From Octopus sinensis (Eukaryota): a stretch of 64,000 bases of DNA. The position numbers and the translations under genes were made by a program. Below are positions 53,340 to 64,000 of the stretch, one piece after another. Numbering within the stretch: position 1 is the stretch's first letter; every line of letters begins with the position of its first letter. The notes beneath the pieces were generated by a model, which was given only the letters and a program-made list of their open reading frames with translations, made no database searches and was not told where the DNA came from. The stretch is from contig NC_042997.1 of assembly GCF_006345805.1 (NCBI RefSeq), positions 186,310,001-186,374,000 on the forward strand, given 5' to 3'.

Positions 53340-53787
53340 GATTGTATCAAACTGGTACCATTTGCTAAGATATGTCGTACGATTGTATCAAGCTGGTATC
53401 ATTTGCTAAGATATGTCGTACGATTGTATAAAGCTGGTATCATTTGCTAAGATATGTCGTACGATTGTATCAAGCTGGTATCATTTGCTAAGATATGTCG
53501 TACGATTGTATCAAGCTGGTATCATTTGCTAAGATATGTCATACGATTGTATCAAGCTGGTATCATTTGCTAAGATATGTTGTACGATTGTATCAAGCTG
53601 GTATCATTTGCTAAGATATGTCGTACGATTTATCAAGCTGGTATCATTTGCTAAGATATGTCGTACGATTGTATCAAGCTGGTATCATTTGCTAAGATAT
53701 GTCGTACGATTGTATCAAGCTGGTATCATTTTCTAAGATATGTCGTACGATTGTATCAAGCTGGTATCCTTTGCTAAGATATGTCGT
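53340..53787. repeat. 41-bp minisatellite, ~11 near-identical copies
   Basis: Unit gattgtatcaagctggtatcatttgctaagatatgtcgtac. Confidence 0.95.
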
Positions 53788-53869
53788 TGCTAAGATATGT
53801 TGTATATATGTCGATACGACATAAGTAGAATGATATGGCTGCAATAGCAAATGCACTTTTCGTTGTTGT

Positions 53870-54410
53870 GTCTATTGCTAATGAACAGCTTTGGTTTATC
53901 AATGAAGAAGGCCTCCCCAATCTTCAAATTACCGTTGTTTCCTTTCTGCTGCACTGGCAATGACGTGAAGTCTTTGGCGAAGTGTTTCGTGGGGTCTTTT
54001 TTTTTTTTAATATCAGAAATGTTTATCGCCACGTGCTTCTTGATGCCAATATACAGTTTTGTGGGAGTTCTACCGATATAAGAACCAACATATTTACCGA
54101 GATGCAGGTGGATAGAATGTGAACTTGGTGATATTTGGTTGACGATGCCTTAACAAGAATTTCGACAAAGAGAGACTAATGTGTATCATTTTTATGTGCA
54201 ATCCGTTTCTACAGATCCTCCATGGATTAAATTAGTGTTCCTGTTCTCAAAATATGACAGTCTCAGGAGGCATTTACCATTTCTGGAAAGGCGTGACTTC
54301 CTTTGTAAAATAGTTGCATTCTGGCGTAATGTGTATATGTGTCAGTTGAAACCTAAATGTATCAGACAGATATGTCACTGAAGAGTGTATAATTCAAGCC
54401 TAACGTTGTG
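53870..54410 (-). pseudogene. Decayed Penelope-like GIY-YIG fragment
   Basis: Reverse strand gives 'SYIGRTPTKLYIGIKKH' and 'KIGEAFFIDKPKL'. Confidence 0.5.
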
Positions 54411-55499
54411 TTCATAACATTCGTTACTTTTAAATAGCCCTGTATATCTACCTGTTATATATACTTACTACTTCAAGAAACAAACTTCAAGAAACAAGAT
54501 AGCCGTACTAACTACTTCAAGAAACAAGAGCAATTTCTAGTCGCTAAGTTGTGGTGTTTATGCTATGCTATTTGTTTGTTTTAATTTACTATGTTAAAAT
54601 GAAACCCTATTTTTGAGCAGAACATTGATGGAAAATGAATACTCACATTTAAATTTGCTCCAAAATAAAAACTGCTTGATGACAAGATTCTTAGTTGGGA
54701 CTTTTTAAATTATTCATAGTATTACGTATCTCTCTCTCTCTTTGTCTCTCATACACACACACACATATAAAATTATGAATATACATATGTTTTAGGGGAG
54801 GGACAATTGGGGGTACGTACTGACTCTCTTTTGTTGTCTGTGTCTCAGTTTTGACAATTTTCACTTTTAAGATTATAATTGGCTTGACATAACATGGAAG
54901 CAATCTTTATCTCCGCCATGTTCTCTTTGCGAGTACATTAAACCCTCCTTATTTGTGTTTACTGGAGCAGAATAAAATCATAAATAAACCCACCGATAAC
55001 AAACAAAACGAAAGCCGAAAGATAAAAAAAAAGAAAGAAAACACAAACAAACGAACAAATAAAAGAAAAAGCTAAAACAAAAAGCAAAAATAGATATTTT
55101 TCCCCTCTCAAAATTTGACAGGATAAGAGAGTCTAGAAAGAGATAAAAATGAGTAAATAGGTATACGAATTAGAAAGAGATCTGTCTGTGATATAACATG
55201 TGATGTTTTTTCAAAGGCTGCAACGAACCCTCGCCTTATATGTTCTGAGGCCCTCATTAGCAGCAGGCCACACAAAGAGGGTAATGTTTTCGCGTTAAAA
55301 CTTCCGAGAAAAAAGACAAGCTGAACTATAACTTTCAAAGATAAACAGCCAGTCAGTGTCTGTCCATTCATCAACTCAGTGGGTATATAGATAGGGGTTT
55401 TAAGAAAGCAGAAAGGAATTCTTTGCATATATGAAAGAAGACTTCAGAGGAGAAAAGATATACACATATACACGTTTACAACAAATGTTGCAGTAAAGG

Positions 55500-55514
55500 A
55501 ACAACAACAACAAC

Positions 55515-55550
<36 letters not shown>

Positions 55551-55561
55551 CATTATTATTA

Positions 55562-55603
<42 letters not shown>

Positions 55604-55613
55604 CATAATCATC

Positions 55614-55658
<45 letters not shown>

Positions 55659-55709
55659 TGGTTCTCTTTTTGCCACAAGAGCGACGAAGGCAACGTTAAC
55701 TGTAATCAT

Positions 55710-55740
<31 letters not shown>

Positions 55741-55759
55741 CAACAACAACAACAACAAA

Positions 55760-55794
<35 letters not shown>

Positions 55795-55808
55795 TAATAA
55801 TAATAATA

Positions 55809-55843
<35 letters not shown>

Positions 55844-56041
55844 TTAATAATGATTTCTTTGATGAGATTATAAAGAATATTAACTTTCTACACATAAAAA
55901 AGGAGTAAATGAATGTTTCTCAAAATAAACAAATAAATTATTTTAACAATGATAACATTAATGAGAAGAAGAAGAAGAAGAAGAAGAAGAAGAGAGAAGA
56001 AAGAAGAAGAAGAAGAAGAAGAAGAAGAAGAAGAAGAAAAA

Positions 56042-56077
<36 letters not shown>

Positions 56078-56365
56078 GATGATGATGATGGAGGAGGAGG
56101 GGGGAAGAGGAAAAGGAAAAATATGTAGAAGAAGATGAAGAGAGAGGGGAAGGAGAAGAGGGGGAGAAGAAGAAGGGGAGGTGAGGGGGAGGAGGAGAAG
56201 GAGGAAAAGAAGAAGAAAAAGAAGAAGAAAGAGTAGAAGATGAAGAGAGAGGAGAAGGAGAAGAAGGAAGAAAATGATAAGAAGAAGGAGGAGGGTGAAG
56301 AGAAGAAGGGGAGGGTGAAGAGAAGAAGGGGAGACTGAGGAGAAGAAGAAGAAGAAGATGATGAT

Positions 56366-56396
<31 letters not shown>

Positions 56397-56400
56397 GAAG
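55500..56400. repeat. Trinucleotide and purine-rich low-complexity tract
   Basis: (ATT)n, (AAC)n, (GAA)n, (GAT)n and a GA-rich run. Confidence 0.9.
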
Positions 56401-56483
56401 AAGGAGTTATACCTGGACTCTCAACACTACACACTATCCAAAAAATAACCCTACTAGGAACAGTCCACTCCCTACGTAATTAG

Positions 56484-56960
56484 TCTTGCGGCTCTGCATC
56501 TGGAGAAGCAAGTCTGAGCTGCCCAGGTGCTGAACATGGACCGGTTGAATTGCTCGGGTCTGGTTCGTTCCGGGCATCATGATAGACAAAAATTAGGACG
56601 AGGAAATGAGAAATGGGCTAAGAGGAAGATAGATGAAGCTATCTCTGAAAGGACGTGGAATGGTGGCTAATGTGTACATCGCATCCGTCATCTATTACCG
56701 CCTGACTGTCATGTCTGGATGCACTGGAGTGTATACTCTTTCGCTTCTTGTGAAATGAACGCGCTCCCATAGTCAAGCGATCCATCTGTTGCCAACACCT
56801 GTTGCATGGTGAACTGAGCATGATATAGCTGATGATGTGCAAACATGCGCTGAAGCTATCTTCAGTGCTTCCTGGTGATGAACAGGTTTAGTCAACGTTC
56901 ACCGGACACGTATTTCCTGCGGCTCATCTCTTTGACGGCTCTGCAGTCAAGAGCCAGCCA
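56484..56960 (+). pseudogene. Tx1-family ORF2 fragment
   Basis: Decayed homology to ~7980-8500 ('GPVELLG.W', 'LSLKG', 'VYIASV..YRLTV', 'KHAL'). Confidence 0.65.
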
Positions 56961-56961
56961 A

Positions 56962-57002
<41 letters not shown>

Positions 57003-57044
57003 CACTTGAGAAGTAGAATATCTTCAAGCGCCCAGGCTTGTCCA

Positions 57045-57600
57045 TTACACACTTTGAACAAGTATGGACTTGACAGCAAAAAATTGGTACGACCACAAAT
57101 CTGAAGGCATTGTCGAAAATAGAAATGCAAAGATCTTACGGGATTTTATGATTCAGTGCGACCATTAGACTGAGAATAGGAAGCCGGACATAGCTTTAAC
57201 TGAAAAAGAAAACAAACTATGGCGGATCATGGACATAGCATAGCATGCCCAGCTGACAACAAGGTATGTGATAAGGAAGAAAGAAAAGTCGAGAGATATG
57301 ACAGGTTAGCTTGGGAAGTTAAGCAGTTGTGGTCGATGAAAAAAGGTAGCAGTAGTACCAATAATTGTCGGAGCCCTGGAAAAAATCTCGAGAGATACGT
57401 GAAACAAATAGGGGCTGCAATGAGAGTGGAGCACTTGCAGAAAACAACACTGCTTGGAACCGCTCCAATACTCCGGAAAGTGCTCGAAAAACAAGAGGTA
57501 TTAGCTTAGTTCACTGGTAGTGAATAGCTGACACTGTAGTACCTCTCCAGCGTTAGAAGCTGTGCAAAGGCAACAACAACAACATCAACAACAACAACAA
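57045..57600 (+). pseudogene. R4/Dong-type LINE 3' end (same family as 13250) with (CAA)n/(TAA)n tail
   Basis: 'RKPDI', 'IACPADNKVCDKEERKVERY', 'EHLQKTTLLGTAPILRKVL'. Confidence 0.8.
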
Positions 57601-57612
57601 TAATAATAATAA

Positions 57613-57833
57613 TACTTTCTACTGGAAGCACAAGGTCTCAAATTTTTGGGGAAGAGAAAAAGTCAATTACATCGACCCCAATGCGTAAATGGTACTTAAT
57701 TTCTCGACCTCAAAAGAATGAAAGGCAAAGTCAACCTCAGCGAGATTTGAACTAAGAACGAAATAGTTGCTGCAGACGAAATACGGCTAAACCTTTCGGC
57801 CGGCGTGCTACCGACTTGGCCAGCTCACCGCCT
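57613..57833 (-). mobile_element. SINE family A
   Basis: Family match. Confidence 0.8.
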
Positions 57834-57873
57834 TAATAACAATAATGATAATAATAATAATAATAATAATAAT

Positions 57874-57907
<34 letters not shown>

Positions 57908-57924
57908 TAATAATAATAATAATA

Positions 57925-57968
<44 letters not shown>

Positions 57969-57973
57969 AATAA

Positions 57974-59478
<1,505 letters not shown>

Positions 59479-59868
59479 TAATAATAATAATAATAATAAT
59501 AATAAAATATAATAATAATAATAACGACAATAACAACAACGACGACGACGACGACGTCAACAACAGCAACAATTACATTTCGTAAATGCTGTAAACCTAT
59601 TAGCAATAGCTAATAAACAAAAGAAACAGAAAAGTGTCACTTCTAGAATCCCTTAGCGAACTTATCGCTAGATATGAGATATTCCGAAAATGTCTCATAT
59701 AACGCAACCCTTCTGATCCTCTCGTTGTGCTAATTTATTTATATATTACACTGTTTGCATCATTTGATATTCTGGAAGGGTAGACTTCAAAAGGAACGGC
59801 TACGATTAGTTTTTAAAATGATATATATGTACGTATGATGTGTGTATATGTGGTGTGTGTATATATAT

Positions 59869-59903
<35 letters not shown>

Positions 59904-60627
59904 ATATATAACATATATATATATGGGTATATATATATATGTTATATATATTATTATATATATATATATAATATAGTTATATATATGTATTATATATATA
60001 CATATATGATTATGTATTATATATACATATATATATATTATATATGTATATATATATATATATGTATATATATGTATATATATGTATATATATGTAAATA
60101 TATATATACATATATATATGCATATGTATATACCATATATGTGTGTATATGCATATTTATGTACGTAGTTATATACACAGGCACACAGAAAAGATATGGG
60201 TGTGTATAACTACGACAACTATATACGTGTATGTGTATAAATATAGGTGTGTGTATGTGTTTATATCATCATTATTAACGTATTAATGTATGTTAATGTA
60301 TGTTTTCTCCACGTACCATTGGGTGGAGGTCTATGTGTTTATGCGTTATGCAATGAATGCATATGTGTATGTTCGTGTGTATGTGTGTGTGTGAGCGTAC
60401 GTGTAAATGCATATATACTGACTGCTTTCTCATATACGAGCAAAGTCATCGCTAGAAAGAATCACTGAAATGAATCATTGATAATGCAACGTGAGACCCT
60501 TATATGACACTTGAGCCCCGCCAAAGGTTTCCACATTTTATTGCATAAAGCAGTTGTGCTGGCTGGCAGAAGGAACCAGCGTCACAGTCAGAGTATGAAG
60601 TCTTTTGCATATAATATATATATATAT

Positions 60628-60920
60628 ATATATTATATAAAAACTGTTCTGTCTGTCTCTGTGTGTATATTCTAGGATCTCGGGCATCCTCCATCCGATT
60701 GCGCTCTAATGTGATATGTAGATGCCGACGGTATCAGGACGTGTATAATATATTATATAAAATCCTTTCTGTCTGTTTGTCTGTGTGTTTCTTCTAGGAT
60801 CTCGGGTATCCTCCATCCGATTGCGCTCAAATTTGATATGTAGATACCGACGGTATCAGGGCGTGTATAAGTCCTGAAAAAATTACAAAAATCGATTCCA
60901 GGTGTGAATGCGATCGATAA
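60628..60920 (+). mobile_element. Helitron/Helentron-like non-autonomous 5' end, duplicated (~120 bp x2)
   Basis: atatattatataaaa..ctgtctgt..ctaggatctcggg..ccgattgcgctc.aat.tgatatgtag occurs twice. The family assignment is by resemblance only. Confidence 0.45.
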
Positions 60921-61344
60921 AGCTGTTTTTGTCCTGCTTTTATTCCGTCAATCTGTACATAACTGCACCTTCCCTTCTTTGTTGTTTTTGTACTGCTTAA
61001 AGACACGTTTCTTTCCTACCAAGCTTACTATTTAAACCATGTTTGTGTTCTCCCAGTAAACAGCCTTATCATTACTGGTACTTTAAACTCTTCGGTTGCA
61101 TATTTGTGTAAATAAAATCGTTTTTTCTTTGGAATAGAAAAAAAGTCTATCTATATTTCTTCTTTTGCTGGTGTCTCAAATTTAGGTTAAATCAGTGTTT
61201 CTCAAAGGGGTGGCCTATGGGACAGTCGGACAAGTTGTTTTGAGAAAATTTGGTTCAAATGTTTGACAACTCAGCACCGTCCTTTGGACGGGGTGGGGGC
61301 GTTTTGCTCGTATATAAATATGTAATACACATACACTCATATGG

Positions 61345-61375
<31 letters not shown>

Positions 61376-61823
61376 CACTTATATATTATGTATGTATATA
61401 TATATATATATATATATATTATACATACGTATATATATATATACACACACATATATATGTATGCATCTATGTATGTAGATAGGTAGGTTTGTACGTACGT
61501 ACGTACGTAGGTTATTTGATAGATAGATATGCAGAAGCAGCCAGGCAGTATGGGAGAGGAAAGAGAGAAAGATTTGGGTAGATAATAGATTCACATATAG
61601 TTTCACAGTAGACATCTTTAACTCCAAACTATGTAGTCATAGTAGTCATCGTTAACTACAATTAAGTTATTTTTCACAGAAGTCTCTCTATATAATTAAA
61701 GGTTAATTAGAATTATGATAGCAACAATGACTGTTTTAAGATGTAGAATGAAATGGAAGAATCTCGAATATCTTTTATAAAACATCATACTCGTATATAT
61801 ACATATGTGCCAGTGTGTGTGTG

Positions 61824-61870
<47 letters not shown>

Positions 61871-62553
61871 ATGTATATATGTATGTATATAGAGTAAAAA
61901 TTTCACAGGACTACAAAGAGCACACGGACAAAAATCACACACAAGTCGTGGAGATGATCATCCCTTAACAGTTATCCGCCAAAAGTCATCACAGTTTCGT
62001 GCCATTATCAATAAGATTGCTAATTTTTGTAGCATCAACAGCAAAAACTGCTGGGATAAGTGAGCGGGCGTAAAAGGTGGTAAGAAATAATGAAAAAAAA
62101 AAAACAACACATGAAGGTTGTATATTTCAGCTATGAGTCAACATAGGGCAAGACGTGCAGAAATAATACCAATGAAAAATGTTCTGTAGGACTTGAAAGG
62201 GAAAGTAGAGAGCTAGAAAGATAGAAAGACAGGTGGAAAGATGGAAGAAATAGATAACAAGTTAGAACGAAAAGTGGAAAAATAAACGAACCCTGGGCTA
62301 AATGTGAATGCTAAGATGAGAGCACTGGAGAGCATGAGTGAATAGGTCAGCGGTCAAGCAAGAATAGGATGGGTGAAGAGTGAAACAAGATGATCAGGTG
62401 GTACGTAAAATGGAGAAGGGCAGAGCGAAAGACAAAGAGTGGTGAGAGGAAAGGCTCGTGCACAGATATACATACATAAAGGGGTAAATGCACACTCACT
62501 CGCACATACATATATATACTCACACACACACACCACACACACACACACAACAC

Positions 62554-62586
<33 letters not shown>

Positions 62587-63167
62587 GTGCATAAAAATAT
62601 AGATAAATACTAATATATACGTGTACGCGTATATATGTATGAACAGAGAATGCGCAATGGATCTCTAATGAAAGGTTAATAAACGTTGAATGATTTGCCT
62701 TCCTGAAATAAGGAAGTAATCAACTATTTACAGTGAGTTGATAGTATATTTTATATCTCTTTTTCAACATATGCGTTTATTTTGTGTTAATATATGTGCA
62801 GACACACGCAAACACAAGACAATCATATGTTCACATACATATGAACACACAAACACACATATGCTTGTATATATAACTCGCTAGTTACTCTAGAGTTTCC
62901 CTGATGGGTAGCTGGCTCGTCAGATACGAAGAGACTTGTTTGTTTCTTTATGATAAACCGACTACATGTCATGTCCAAGTAATTGCACGCTTCTGCGATA
63001 TAATGTCATTCTCTTCTTCGTTGATATTAAATTTTGTGTATACACATTCATGCAGATAGATAGACAGACATAGATAGATAGAGAGATAGAACAGACAGAC
63101 AGACAGACAAACAGGCGGAAGACAAACAGACAGACAGGCAGACAGACAGACAGGCAGACAGACAGAT

Positions 63168-63573
63168 AGGTGCAGGAGTGGCTGTGGTAAGTAGCTTGCT
63201 TACAAACCTCATAGTTCGGGGTTAAGTCCTACTGCGTGGCACCCTGGGCAAGTGTCTTCTACTATAGCCTCGGGCCGACCAAAGCCTTGTGAGTGGATTT
63301 GGTAGACGGAAACTGAAAGAAGCCCGTCGTATATATGCGCGCGTGTGTGTGTGTGTGTTTGTGTGTGTGTGTCTGTGTTTGTCCTCCCACCATCGCTTGA
63401 CAACCGATGCTGGTGTGTCTACGTCCCCGTAACTTAGCGGTTCGGCAAAAGAGACCGATAGAATAAGTACTAGACTTACAAATAATGAGTTCTGGGGTCG
63501 ATTTGTTCGACTAAAGGCGGTGCTCCAGCATGGCTGCAGTCAAATATCTGAAACAAATAAGAGTAAAAGAAAA
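63168..63573 (+). mobile_element. SINE family B
   Basis: Full family match. Confidence 0.88.
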
Positions 63574-63594
63574 AGAGACTGACAGACAGACAAT

Positions 63595-63674
<80 letters not shown>

Positions 63675-64000
63675 AAATCTGAACATTGTCTCTGCGGTTG
63701 AAACTGTTCGTTTCAGATCTCCCTGAAATCATCATCAGGTGACTATTATCGTATAGAAATTGTTGACAATGGCTTTATTTATTATATTCAGTTAAACAGA
63801 GAAACGCAGTAAAATCATCTAAAAAAAAACAAATAAAACGCTTTTCAAAAAAATGTCTAGACAGCAGACATTCTTTTACGACATTTGAAAAAAAATAATG
63901 AATATAGAAAACTTGTAAAACTATGTCAAGTGACACTGAATGTCATTGATTTCGAAATTAAAATCATAAAAATTATTAGTAAAAGTCAAGTGAGATAGCT

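Noticed and set aside
55108-55428. 106-aa ORF in unique-looking sequence
   Set aside because: No recognisable domain or convincing splice structure. It may be a conserved non-coding island, which cannot be tested here.

Overview
AT-rich, microsatellite-saturated animal DNA. The SINE families and a mollusc-type 5S rRNA remnant suggest an octopus (inference). No host protein-coding exon is evident, and most ORF-track entries are translations of simple repeats. The window is a mosaic of mobile elements: mariner and Tc1 copies, MITEs, three tRNA-derived SINE families, R4/Dong-type, CR1/Crack-type and Penelope-like (GIY-YIG) fragments, and one near-intact 5.35-kb Tx1-clade LINE (4102-9453). The main discovery is what that LINE sits in. 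It interrupts a ~357-bp non-coding tandem repeat (2992-9753, partly inverted, bounded by (TA)n). Each unit carries a minimal type I hammerhead ribozyme motif with a compensatory U3:A8 core, so the array resembles a retrozyme or Penelope pseudo-LTR (pLTR) array. The LINE inserted in the ribozymes' sense orientation with a perfect 17-bp target-site duplication (TSD), just upstream of an intact ribozyme, so it is bracketed by two predicted self-cleavage sites. Several further hammerhead motifs from unrelated repeat families are scattered through the window. All RNA folds were read by eye and have not been tested.
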